DNA from: an uncultured Gammaproteobacteria bacterium
GTDB taxonomy: Bacteria; Pseudomonadota; Gammaproteobacteria; CAWCPV01
Reading direction: 5' to 3'
NCBI GenBank assembly: GCA_963797555.1
Contig: CAWCPV010000002.1
Location: 96,001 to 160,000, forward strand
DNA length: 64,000 nucleotides
Part shown: positions 1-10,615 of the stretch, one piece after another
How positions within the stretch are numbered: position 1 is the first letter of the stretch
How the letters are laid out: every line of letters begins with the position of its first letter
The notes under the pieces: generated by a model
The model's input: the letters and a program-made list of their open reading frames with translations, nothing else
Databases searched by the model: none
What the model was told of the DNA's origin: nothing
Translations under genes and position numbers: made by a program

Positions 1-56
1 ACATATCAAGTAGATAGGCGAGGAGCGAGCACCGCGCAACGCCGCTATCGGGACGC

Positions 57-611
57 TCAGTGCCCTACGGCAACTCGCAGGACGTGGAACGTAACTGAAG
101 AGGTGGTCGCGACTGGCTGGCCACCAGCATCTACCACGGAGGCCGACACCGTGTGGGTGCCGCGGTCCATGTTGACCAGCGTCACACTGACGGACGTGCC
201 GCTCTGGGGCAAGGGCCGGCCGTCGACCGTCAACTGGATCCGATGGCCCCGCGCGAGCGCCGGCTCGAGCGCCAACGAGACGGTCACGTTCCCGTCGTTC
301 GCTCTCACTCCCTCATCGTCCTTCGGGTTGGTGATCGCGAAGCGCGTATAGGCGGGAGCCTGCACCGCCGGCGCCTGGTCGGCCAACCCGGACCCGCCGC
401 CAGGCTGCGAGACCTCTCCGCTCCCCGGAGGCATCCCGCCCGCTGAGGGCGGGGGCAGCGGCTTTACGTCGACGGACTTCGCCCCGGGAACGGGCCGGTC
501 GGAGAAGGTCACGCTGCCGTCGGGACCCACCGACCGATAAACCTGAGCTTGCGCCGACGAGGCCACCACGAGCACCAACAGCAACGCCACCATTTGCATA
601 CTCCACAGCAT
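57..611 (-). CDS. Exported DUF4124-domain protein with C-terminal Ig-like domain
   Basis: Signal peptide followed by QVYRSVGPDGSVTFSDRP (DUF4124-type motif), a Pro-rich linker and a beta-rich C-terminus; ATG at 611. Confidence 0.75.
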   Translation of the reverse strand: MLWSMQMVALLLVLVVASSAQAQVYRSVGPDGSVTFSDRPVPGAKSVDVKPLPPPSAGGMPPGSGEVSQPGGGSGLADQAPAVQAPAYTRFAITNPKDDEGVRANDGNVTVSLALEPALARGHRIQLTVDGRPLPQSGTSVSVTLVNMDRGTHTVSASVVDAGGQPVATTSSVTFHVLRVAVGH

Positions 612-1293
612 AGCGGCCTCCCGTACCGGCAGCAAGGAGCAGGGATCGCAGCGGTAGGGAATCAGGGGGCGAGCGCGATAAGGGACAGAGACTTTCACCC
701 TGCAAGAGACGGCGAGTGCGCAGTGCCGGGCGCTGATGCCCTTGTCAGGCCGGTCTCTGACACCTACCTCAGCAGCTTGAAAGCGTGAACCCAGTCGTTA
801 TGCAGAAAGCCGGGAATACACCAGAGCATGCACAGGGGTTCGATGGCCCGCGCTGCCGCGGCCTTGCCCATATCCGCCGTCTCCCAACCGAATTGATCGA
901 GAATTTCGCGAACCTTCTTCTTCGCCGCCTCGTCGTTGCCGCAGATGAACATTGTCGGCTTGCCGTCCTTGAACTGCGGATTCACCATGCACGCGTTTCC
1001 GACGGAATTGAAAGCTTTGACGAAGCGCACACTGCCGAACTCGCGCTGAAGACGCTCCATCAGGGACTCATCGAGATTGGTGAAGAATTTCAATATGCCG
1101 TCAACCGGAGGGCCGTCGGCAATGGGATTCGTCGCGTCGATGACAGGTTTACCCGCCAGGTTTGCCTCGCCCGCTGCGCGCAGCGCGTCCGCTGCAGCGG
1201 AGCCCTTGACGGCGAGGACCGCCAGCTCGGCAAATTTGGCGGCATCGGGAAAGCTACTGAGACGGCCCTTGGGGTTCTGCTTCACCCAGTCCG

Positions 1294-2379
1294 CTAGTGT
1301 AGTGCTTCATTCTGTTTAGAACTTAAACGTGCGTTGGCGCGGATGACCTTCTGCAGGATGTCCTTAGCCTTGGCGGTCCAGATGAAGGGTTTGGGATTGG
1401 CGTTGTGGGCATCGACATAGCGGTTGATGGCAGGGATCAACTCGGGGACGCTTCGAAACACGCCACGGCGCAACCGATCCACAGTCAGGTCGCGGAAGAA
1501 TCGCTCGACCATGTTCAACCAGGATGCTGAGGTGGGCGTGAAATGGATGTGGAAACGCGGGTGTTTTCCCAGCCATTTCTGAACGTTGGGATGTTTGTGG
1601 GTGGCGTAGTTGTCGCAGACCAAGTGCAGTTCCTTGTCCTTGGGCGTCTCGCGGTCGATTTGGCGCAGGAAGGTGAGCCACTCCGTGTGGCGATGGTGCG
1701 GCTCGCAGCGGGCAATCACGGAACCCTCCAAGGTGTTCAGGGCAGCAAACAGTGTCGTGGTGCCATGGCGCTTGTAGTCATGGGTCATGGTCGCAGCCCG
1801 CCCCTTCTTCAGCGGCAGGCCAGGTTGGGTACGATCCAGCGCCTGAACCTGACTCTTCTCGTCGCAGCACAACACCAAAGCATGCTCCGGGGGGGACAGA
1901 TACAGCCCGACGATGTCCTCCAACTTCTCGGTGAATTTCGGGTCGCGCGATACCTTGAAGGATTCGACACGATGCGGCTTCAGCCCATGGGCATGCCACA
2001 CGCGCAGCACCGTGGTGTCGCTCACTCCCATTTCCTTAGCCAGGGTCCGCGTACTCCACTGTGTCGCTGCTAAGGGCTGGGTCTGAGTCGTGCGTCGCAC
2101 GATCTCGGCGGCATCCACCTTGGGCTGACGACCTCCGCGCGGCAGGTCACACTCGATGGCCGCCAGCCCGCCTTGCGCATAGCGCTCCCGCCAACGCCCA
2201 ACCTGCACACGCCCAATCTTGAGTTCCGCCGCGATGGCCTTGTTCTCCATGCCCACCGCCGCCAACAGCACAATGCGCGCTCGGCGGGCCAGCCTCACAC
2301 TCGTGGTGTTCGAACGCGACACACGCCTCAGGCTCCGCTGTTCTTCCGCGCTCAGTCGGACCATCGGGGCTACTCGCAT
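1294..2379 (-). CDS. IS630-family transposase
   Basis: HTH N-terminus; motifs CCDEKSQVQAL, VCDNYATHK, SWLNMVERFF. The TAG stop lies inside the flanking CTAG. Confidence 0.93.
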   Translation of the reverse strand: MRVAPMVRLSAEEQRSLRRVSRSNTTSVRLARRARIVLLAAVGMENKAIAAELKIGRVQVGRWRERYAQGGLAAIECDLPRGGRQPKVDAAEIVRRTTQTQPLAATQWSTRTLAKEMGVSDTTVLRVWHAHGLKPHRVESFKVSRDPKFTEKLEDIVGLYLSPPEHALVLCCDEKSQVQALDRTQPGLPLKKGRAATMTHDYKRHGTTTLFAALNTLEGSVIARCEPHHRHTEWLTFLRQIDRETPKDKELHLVCDNYATHKHPNVQKWLGKHPRFHIHFTPTSASWLNMVERFFRDLTVDRLRRGVFRSVPELIPAINRYVDAHNANPKPFIWTAKAKDILQKVIRANARLSSKQNEALH

Positions 2380-2456
2380 CAGTGCTCTCCTGTCTTGGCT
2401 TCATAGCCCTGGACAGCGATAGATCATATATGTTCCGTTAATTACCAAGCACTACA
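1298..2456 (-). mobile_element. IS630-family insertion sequence
   Basis: Terminal IR TGTAGTGCTT (1298-1307) / AAGCACTACA (2447-2456), flanked by duplicated CTAG (1294-1297, 2457-2460). Confidence 0.92.
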
Positions 2457-2676
2457 CTAGCTTGTCAGGGCTGCGCGTGCCAAGCATTACATCGTGGCCA
2501 TATCTGAGAAAGCCGCCGGCCAGCGCTTTCGCCACATCGCCCGATCCTAGGATTCCGATCTTCATGCTGTTCTCCCTTATGCAGGTGCTCCAGTGCCTGT
2601 GCCAGTGTCGCGCGAACGCTAACCTCTGGCTGGCCGTGCCGGCCCCAGCGAGTCGTTGCGACGCGAATAACATCGG

Positions 2677-3243
2677 CTAGATTCCATCGATCCACCCTTC
2701 GAGGTCGGTAACCTCACGCTGTAAGATGTCCGCATCCTCATAAACATGAGAGATGACGCTAATGCCTTGGACGCGGCCGAGCAGGTGCAGGGCCGTAAGT
2801 CTTGCCTCCTTGCCATATCCTAAGGCTTCGAACTGGCATGTCAGCCACTTGCTGAACAAATCCATTAGCGCCCGCGCCGGGTTTCCCGCTTCTTGTCTTG
2901 CCTTTCCCAGTTCGGCATTCAGGGTACCCACCGGGCAGCCATATTGCACGAGATCGTCCCCCCGCTCGACCAGCATGCGGGCAAAGCGCTTCAGTCTCTG
3001 CACCGGATCGAGGTAGTCACTGTCCCACCTTTCCAGCGTGGCTGTGTACTCGGCCAGGCGTCGTTCGATGATGGCAGCAAGCAGCTCATCCTTGGTTCTG
3101 AAGTAGTGATAGATATTGCCGCGCAGCACGCCAGCACCTTCCACGATATCGCTGAAGGAGGTGTGGTGGTAGCCCTTGCGGTAGAACAAGTCTTTCGCGG
3201 CATCCACGATCTCGGTGCGGGTTTTCTCGCCCTTGGCAGACAT
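2677..3243 (-). CDS. TetR/AcrR-family transcriptional regulator
   Basis: HTH GYHHTSFSDIV...GNIYHYFRTKDELL; C-terminal GCPVG motif. Confidence 0.9.
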   Translation of the reverse strand: MSAKGEKTRTEIVDAAKDLFYRKGYHHTSFSDIVEGAGVLRGNIYHYFRTKDELLAAIIERRLAEYTATLERWDSDYLDPVQRLKRFARMLVERGDDLVQYGCPVGTLNAELGKARQEAGNPARALMDLFSKWLTCQFEALGYGKEARLTALHLLGRVQGISVISHVYEDADILQREVTDLEGWIDGI

Positions 3244-3390
3244 GATGGCAGCCTGTCGAATCAATCTGGAAGGGGTAGTAAACGATTTTCCCGCAAGCAG
3301 TGGGGTGTTGCCGGAGGACATTCCTTCTGTTCGCGGCAAAACGCGGTAAATAGGACTCCGAGAGATTCGAAGCGGTTCATCCGGACTGCC

Positions 3391-4400
3391 TCACACGATG
3401 CGCTGGTACATCTTCATGGGCGTGGTCTGCCGCACCTGCATTTCGGTAACCTGTTTGCGAATGGCCTCCTTCCAGTGGTGACGCGCCCGGTAGCCCAACA
3501 ATCGTTCCGCCTTCCCGTTATCCGCGCCGGTTTCCTCCAGCAGATGCACGATGCTGCGCGTGACCAGCGGCTCCCACGGGACGAGGGGATCGATCGTTTC
3601 CATGAGCCACGCGAAGGGGTACGCACTCCAGAACGGCACACTGAAATGCGGTCTGGGGTAGTCGAACTCCGCGTGCAGGAAGTCAATGACTTCGCGCACG
3701 GTGGGTACCTCGGGCCCCACGATGTTGAAACCTTCATAGGCCGACAAACCCTCGGCCGACGCCGCGAGGGCAAAGGCCTCCCCGATGTCTTCGCCGTCGA
3801 TCAGCGGCAGACCAGTGCTGCCGCCGGCCACCCAGGGTACGAATGTGTTTTCAGGCGCGGCAGCAGGATGGGCAGCACCCCTAAGGCATAACGGCGCCCG
3901 ACGAAGATGCCTAGGCGCAGGTTGACGATCTGGAACGCCGGGCTAGCCAATTGCCTGAGACGGTTCTCAATGCCGACGACGTTGCATAGATGCGGCCAGA
4001 AAGAGCGCGGGATGCCGCTGCTTTGTGGGTCGGCCGATGCCACGGGCGCAGCGGCGGAGGTGGTGCTGGCGTTGATGACGCGCCTCACCCCGGCCTGATG
4101 GGCGGCCTCGATGAGCCCGAGCACCGGCTCCAAGTACAGCCGCCGCGAGTCCTCCTCGTGATTCCACAACGAACTCCAAGCCGCGCAGATGCACAGCGTA
4201 TCGACACGCGCAACCACCTCCCGCGTGTAGTTGGGGTCACGAAAGTCACCGGCCCGCACCTCCCCCTTGAAGCCAGGCGGCAACCGCAGCGTATCGCGGC
4301 ACGCGGCAACCAGCGCGATATCTGCTTGCGCTTGCAACGATTCCAGCGCATGGCTGCCAGCGAAGCCGGTGGCGCCGGCGACCAGTACCGTACCCTTCAT
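3391..4400 (-). CDS. NAD-dependent epimerase/dehydratase (SDR), 1-bp frameshift near 3842
   Basis: VLVAGATGFAG Rossmann motif; ORFs 3801-4400 and 3391-3831 join as ...LKTH(L)VPWVAGG... if one base is restored. Confidence 0.8.
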
Positions 4401-4416
4401 ATAGCCCTCGAAAGTC

Positions 4417-4456
4417 GGATGATCGTCCAATAATAGTAGGACGCCCATCCAATAAT
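4417..4456. promoter_or_regulatory. Two candidate TetR operator palindromes upstream of the SDR-TetR genes
   Basis: GGATGATCGTCC (4417-4428) and GGACGCCCATCC (4439-4450), 22-bp period, each followed by AATAAT. Confidence 0.5.
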
Positions 4457-6544
4457 GACAAGAGCGATGAATGGCTGCAATGGCACTTTTGGGCAGGACC
4501 AGATGCCGCGTCTGCGGCAGATCGTAACGCCGACCGGGCTCAGCAGACCGACCGCCAACGCGACCCAGTACCCCGCCGGCGGAAGCCGGCCGACTCAGAC
4601 CGCCGTCGCGAACACGGCGACCCACAGATCGAAGAATGAAAAACGGCTCGGCTCGAGCGGATGGATTTCGCCGGCGCCGCCCTCTCCGTTTCTACCTTAC
4701 CGCCCCGCGCTCTTACACATCGGTCGACTAAGCCAAGTGCCGGATCTCACGGTTGTCGCGGCGAAGCCTGTCCGACAGATACGCGGCCAGGTTGGTCAAC
4801 AGCTTGGTGCGTAGCGGGTCGTCCAGGTCCTCGAAGGACAGCTCGTAGCACGTCGCGTCAGACGCCGCGACCACGTCCGCCGAGCGCCTGCGCTCGTTCA
4901 ACATGGCCACTTCCCCGAAGGCCATGCCGGGCGTCAGCGTCGCCAGTCTGCGTTCCTGACCGGCGTCGGTCCGGAGCACGACGTCCACCTCGCCGTCGAC
5001 GAGGAAAAACAGCGAGCTGGCATCGTCGCCCGCGCGGAATACGGTCTCCCCGCTCTTGAAAGTCACCGTCCGCACCATTTCTTGCAGGTGGCCGACCTGC
5101 GCCGCCGTCATGCCCCGGCACAGGTAGTGGTCGCCCAGATCCGGGACGGCTGGGCGGGCCAGTGCGTCCGGGCTCTCGCGCTCGATTAGCCGATCCTCGC
5201 ACCACTCCAAGGCGCGGTCCGTGTCCGGAAAGCGGAACAACGGTTCTCCCTGCAGTCCGTCGGCCCGGCTAATGAGGCCCTTGCGGAAGGCGTAGTGGGC
5301 GCCGGTTTCGGTGAAGAGGAGTTGCCTCCCGAGCCGGTACAGCGTCTGCGCGAAGGCTGCCAGCATCTCCGTGGACGCGTGGTCCACCTCGAACGCTCGC
5401 CGCATGTCGAGGATGACGAAATCCACACCGTCCAGGTCCCCCTCGATATGCTGCAGGACCGACTCCGTGGCCCCGAAACGCAGTTCGCCCTGCAACTCGT
5501 AGATGCGGATCCTGTTCCCCTCGCGGTCGAGGATCTCGCCCTCGGGGGCCGTGCGCGCGCGGCGCGACCGCACCGTTCGGGAGTCGTGCTGAAGACGGAG
5601 CACCGAGGAGGAGGTCGACCTCACCACGTCGAACAGATGCAGCTTGAAATCAGCGGTGAGCCGGTTACAGGTCGCGATACCGCGCACGCTGTTGCCCTTC
5701 TCGTCGAGCGGCGGGGAGAACACGCCGAGGCCGAACTGGCCAGGCAGTACGGCCATGATCCCGCCGCCCACGCCGCTTTTGGCGGGCATCCCCACGTTGT
5801 AGAGCCATGACCCGGAGTAGTCGTACATGCCGCAGGAGCCCATCACGCTGAGCACCTTGGGGACGTACCGGGACTGCAGCGCCACCACCCCGGTGACGGG
5901 GTTGACCCCGCCGTTGGCGAGGCAGGCGGCGATGCCCGCCAAGTCTCGTGCGGTCACGAGAACGGAGCACTGTTTGAAGTAGAGATCCAGCACGTCCTCC
6001 GGAGCGCGCTCCAGGATGCCGTGTCCGTACAGCAGGTGCGCGATGGCGCGGTTGCGGTGTCCGGTCGCCTTCTCGGACGCGTAAACCTTCTCGTCGATGG
6101 CATGCGGGTGGCCCGAGTAGCGGGAGAAACCGTCCAGGATGCGCTCCAGCCGGTTTCCCGCGCCTTCCTTGATGAGCCCCGTCGTCGCGATGGCGCCGGC
6201 GTTGATCATGGGGTTCCGTGGCCGCCCGGTGCCGGGCTCGAGGCTGATGGAGTTGAAGGCTTCGCCGGAAGGCTCCACTCCCACTTTGCCGAGCACCTGA
6301 TCGAGCCCGTGGTCCTCCAGGGCGAGCCCGTACGTGATGGCCTTGGAGATGGACTGGACGGTGAACGCCTGCCGGCTGTCCCCGACCTGGTAGACGTGGC
6401 CGTCGACGGTGGCGAGGGCGATGCCGAACCAATCCGGATTTGCGTACGACAGCTCCGGGATGTAGCTCGCCACCTGCCCGTCTCGCAGATCGGCCAGGTC
6501 GTTCCACAGAGCTTCGAGGTACTGCTGGACTGGTGACGCACTAG

Positions 6545-8551
6545 CCCGACTTCGCGGATTCGCGGGGTAGGGATAGCGTAAGTGGTTGAAATTGCGAGAG
6601 GGCGCCTGGCAAGGTCTGCACTACATCGCGGCGGCTGAGGCAGTGTGGGCGGTGCTGATTTTCGGAGCTGGTGGTGCGGGCAGTTCGAGCTTCAACTGCG
6701 CGAGGAGCAGTTGCAGTTCTGGCTCAGGTTGGGTGTAGCGGGTGAACGTCAATTCGCGCCCATCGGTGGTCGGCACCTGTGCGTCGACCATCTGCACGGC
6801 GGCGAATTTCTCCAGCACGCTGCGCGTGGTTAATCCAGGCGCGAGCGCATGCAAACGTCGCCCGAGCGTGACATGCAGACAATAGGCAAGAAAGGCAATG
6901 AAGATATGGGCTTCGATACGCTCGATGTGTTGATGAAAGATTGGCCGAATGGCCAAATCCCCCTTGAGATTCTTGAATGCTTCTTCCACCGCCACCAGTT
7001 GCAGGTAAACCCCCATAGCTTGGCGGGATCGGTGTCGGTGAGATTGGTGCGCAGCAGATACCGTCCTTCGCGCCGGCGCACTTCACGCAGCTTATCGCGG
7101 CGCAGGCGGTAGCTAAACGTGGCGTCCTTGGGGTCGACCTCCAGTTGAACCAAGCGCCATACCGCCGGGCCGTGTTGGCGCGCCGCACCGAGCTTCATCA
7201 GCAGTTGCTCGCGGGTGAGCTGCATGGTCGCGAGTTTCTTCAACCGCGCCCATAACCACTTCAGCTTGCGCCGTCGTATCGCACGCTCCTTCGCCACGCG
7301 CTGTTCACTTTGCGCGTACACATACAGCTCCCCATCCTGCGCCAACAGTTTCACGGCTACGCCGGGGCGCGCTTCCCGCCACGGCTTGAGCAGCAGCGCG
7401 CTCTCCAATTTGCTGAGCCGCCCCTTGGGCGTGCCCACCAGGTCAGTGCACTGGCGGGCGACTTGCGCGCATCTCTTCCAGCACCGCTTCGGTCGGAATG
7501 CCGCGGTCCATCACCCAAATCCGCTGCGCTCTTCCGTACTGACGCTCAATGCGCGCGAGGAACTCCTTCAACGTCGTCTTGTCGGCCGTATTGCCCGCCA
7601 ACACTTCATAGGCCAAGGGCAAGCCTTCCGGGGTCACCACCCAGGCGATCACCACCTGCACACAGTCCCTGCGCTTATCGCGCGAGTGGCCGAATCGTCG
7701 TTTGTCCTGCTCCGACTGCGGGGGCTCACACTCAAAGTAGGTGCTCGTGAGGTCGTAGAGCAGCACCTCGAAGGTGGCATTGAACAGATCCCGCCACCGC
7801 CGCACCAGATGGTCAAAGACCGCCGCCTTGTGCTCCAGCAAGCGGTCGTGACAGACATACAGCCGGTGGCTGTCGGAGAGCGCCGCATCCGCTCCGAGCA
7901 AATCCGTCAAGGCCGTACGGCCAAACCACTCCCGGTGCAACCGCCACTCGCTGCCCGGTGCCAGCAACCGATAGGCCACGAGCACGAATAACACCTGATC
8001 CCACCGAGTGCCCTTGCGACTCGGCGTTAACCGTTCCCACCAGAAGCGATCTAACTGCAATTCCTCCCACAGTTGCAGCGCCAGCCAACACGCACCCCAC
8101 TGCCGCGGTCGGCACAGCCGCAATTCTTTCAGCCGCAAACGTACCACCGAAGCATCCCTCGACAGCTCTTCAGATCGCTCCTCGGGAAACAACGACATCG
8201 TGCGCGGTGTCAGCGCCCCGTCTTCGAACACCTCAATGGATTTGCGCCACGCCAACTCCTGCGAGGAGTTGATCTCACCCAAATACAGCACATGCCGTTG
8301 CAGCACGCGCCCACCGCTCAGGCGCCTATTCTCGACAATACTCCAGTAACGGTGCTCCTTGCCGTCTTTCTTCCGCGTCGTGGCCCGTAGAAACATGATG
8401 GAACATCATTATCCGCAGATTTTTCCCCTTGAAAACAAGCAAGGTCTTCACTACAGCGCATTTCGACCCTTTTTGGCCCACCACGGCACCAACAAACAAT
8501 CACTTACCCCTGGCCAGCGGGCCAATCGCCGTGCGAATCCGCGAAGTCGGG
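6545..8551 (-). mobile_element. IS1634-family insertion sequence
   Basis: Perfect 19-bp IR CCCGACTTCGCGGATTCGC at both ends, flanked by duplicated CTAG (6541-6544, 8552-8555). Confidence 0.9.
6621..8396 (-). CDS. IS1634-family transposase with two 1-bp frameshifts (~7444, ~7010)
   Basis: MFLRATTRKKDGKEHRYWSIVE start; YDLTSTYFE, VMDRGI, YLLRTN, VEEAFKNLK..LAIRPIFH across three consecutive ORFs. Confidence 0.85.
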
Positions 8552-8671
8552 CTAGGCGCCAGCGACGACGGCATAGCGAGCCTTCAGAGCTTGTGTATAG
8601 AGGGCTACCTGTGCAATGACCGTTCCACATCGGTGCAGCGAGCCGCGGGGTCGGTTCGGTCGCCTCCGCTG

Positions 8672-9130
8672 CGTAATTGCCATGCCGCGGGTGTGTCCCC
8701 TACCCACACATGTCGCAGGGCGCCCCATCTCGGTGCGATGACAGGGTGAGCGGCGTCAGGCATGTATTCCCGGAACGTCGGGAACGGAGGAAAGGCACCA
8801 GGCTCCTGTGCCCAGGCAACCATGAGTCTGCCCGCAAACGCAAATCGGGACGCTCCCACAAGGCCAATCGCTATGTGCGTCGCCTGCTGTGCGAGTTCGC
8901 CCACTCCGCCAGGCTCTGGTCCTGCGCCGGGGATGCAAACGAGCCATCATCGGCCTGGCTCACAAGATGTTGCGCATCACCTTTTGCATGCTTTCGCGTG
9001 GTCAACACTACCGGAATTCGGCTACCGACTACGGAGGAGCCCTGCACCCTATGGCTTCCTGCGAGCCGCCGCCTGAACGCTTCTTCCCTATCCTATGGCC
9101 TTCATCGGTCAGGCGCCTTCACGTCAATTC
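8672..9130 (+). mobile_element. Internally deleted IS110-family remnant (boundaries approximate)
   Basis: Degenerate C-terminal transposase motifs LCPGNHESARKRKSGR...RRLLCEFAHSA and KRAIIGLAHKMLRITFCML; N-terminal RuvC domain absent. Confidence 0.65.
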
Positions 9131-9424
9131 CGCACCGCCACTCAACATCCCCCCCGGCGGGACTTGACGGGGCCCCTCCGCATCAGGTGCGGCGGGCCGT
9201 GCTAGAATTCGCGGTTGCACTTCGCGCAGCGGACTTGGCGACACAATCTTGACTGTAAGCACCCAGAGGCCGAGGCGATGAAGGTCATGGATTGTCGCGG
9301 ACTCCCGGCGGGCACGCGTTGGGTCCGGGCATCGTCGGGCAGTCACGCCGCGCTGCGGGCGTCGGCGCCCGTGCCTGTCACGCTGGGGCGGCTGCGTTGC
9401 ACCCAAACCAGGAGACTGACCGCC

Positions 9425-10600
9425 ATGCGCTGGTACCTCGTCGCTCTCGTGTTATCCCTCCCGCTTGCCGCCTGCAACAAGGAAGAGGCGAAGCCCCAGG
9501 CGCGCCCGCCCGCCGAGGTGTCGGTGATCCAGGTCACGCCCGCCGACACGCCGGTCACCTTCGAATACGTGGGCCAGACCGAGAGCTCGCACCAGGTCGA
9601 GATCCGGGCGCGCGTGAGCGGTTTCCTCGACAAGCGTGTGTACGACGAAGGCAGTGTGGTCACGGCGGGTCAGGTGATGTTCAGGCAGGACCCCAAGCCC
9701 TTCCAGGCGCAGCTCGCTGTCGCCAAGGGAGCGCTCGCCGAGCAGCAAGCCCGACTGCAGACCGCTCGCGATAACCTCGCCCGGGTCAGGCCGCTCGCCG
9801 CTCAGAACGCGCTGAGCCAGAAGGATCTGTCCGACGCGATCGGCGCCGAGCAAGCTGCTGCAGCGGCGGTGGAGGCAGCCAAGGCCAACGTGCAGGAAGC
9901 ACAGCTCAACCTCGGCTACACGACCATCATGACACCCGTGACCGGGATGTCCAGTTATGCGCGCGTGCAGGAAGGCGCGTACGTCAATCCGCAGAACAGC
10001 CTGCTGACGACCGTCGAACAGGTCCACCCGATCTGGGTCGACTTCAGCCTGTCCGAGAACGAGGCCCTCAGGTTTCGCGGCGAGCGGGTGAGCGGCCAGC
10101 TCCGCCTACCCAAGATCGACAGCTACGAAGTCGAGATCGTGCTCGGCGACGGCTCTGTCTTCCCGCACAGAGGCCGCATCACGTTTGCGAACGCCAGCTA
10201 CAACCAGCAGACCGGGACGTTCCTGGTGCGAGCCACGCTGCCCAACCCGGAGGCTGAGCTGCGCCCGGGGCAGTTCGTGCGCGTGCGCGTCCTGGGGGCC
10301 GTCCGGCCGAACGCGATTCTCGTCCCCCAGCAGGCGGTGCTTAACGGTGCGCAGGGGCACTTCGTGTGGGTCGTCGGGAAGCAGGGCAAGGCCGAGATCC
10401 GCAACGTGGAGGTCGGCCCTTGGCATGGCGAACAGTGGTTTATCACGAGTGGGCTCGCGCCGGGCGAAACCGTGGTCGTGGAAGGCGTGATGAGGCTCGC
10501 GCCCGGCGCCGCGGTGAAGGTCGTCCAGTCCGCGGCGAAGGCGGCCGGCGCGCAGCGCGAGTCTGCCCCGTCCAGCGCGCCAGGACAGGCCCGGAAATAG
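9425..10600 (+). CDS. RND efflux periplasmic adaptor (AcrA/MexA-like lipoprotein)
   Basis: LAAC lipobox; VEIRARVSG, LGYTTIMTPVTG, LRPGQFVRV. Confidence 0.93.
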   Translation: MRWYLVALVLSLPLAACNKEEAKPQARPPAEVSVIQVTPADTPVTFEYVGQTESSHQVEIRARVSGFLDKRVYDEGSVVTAGQVMFRQDPKPFQAQLAVAKGALAEQQARLQTARDNLARVRPLAAQNALSQKDLSDAIGAEQAAAAAVEAAKANVQEAQLNLGYTTIMTPVTGMSSYARVQEGAYVNPQNSLLTTVEQVHPIWVDFSLSENEALRFRGERVSGQLRLPKIDSYEVEIVLGDGSVFPHRGRITFANASYNQQTGTFLVRATLPNPEAELRPGQFVRVRVLGAVRPNAILVPQQAVLNGAQGHFVWVVGKQGKAEIRNVEVGPWHGEQWFITSGLAPGETVVVEGVMRLAPGAAVKVVQSAAKAAGAQRESAPSSAPGQARK

Positions 10601-10615
10601 TCCGGGCCCCGCGCG

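Larger units (their letters stand above)
764..2565 (-). pseudogene. NADPH-dependent F420 reductase-like (F420_oxidored) oxidoreductase split by IS630
   Basis: N-terminus MKIGILGSGDVA (Rossmann) at 2565-2457; C-terminus with VIDATNP and VKAFN at 1297-764. Removing the IS and one CTAG restores ...SPDKLADWVKQNP... in frame. Confidence 0.85.
4728..8574 (-). pseudogene. glsA: Glutaminase with STAS and cyclic-nucleotide-binding domains, interrupted at codon 7 by IS1634
   Basis: Motifs YIPEL, QSISK (catalytic Ser/Lys), NPMINAGAI, GMYDYSG, AKSGVGGG; STAS-like YELQGELRFG; CNBD FGEVAML..RRSADV. ATG at 8574 joins in frame (MPSSLAPSASPVQQYL) after IS removal. Confidence 0.88.

Noticed and set aside
6621-8396. 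Programmed frameshifting in the IS1634 transposase
   Set aside because: Two separate shifts, one creating TGA from TAC, with no slippery heptamer; error or decay is more likely
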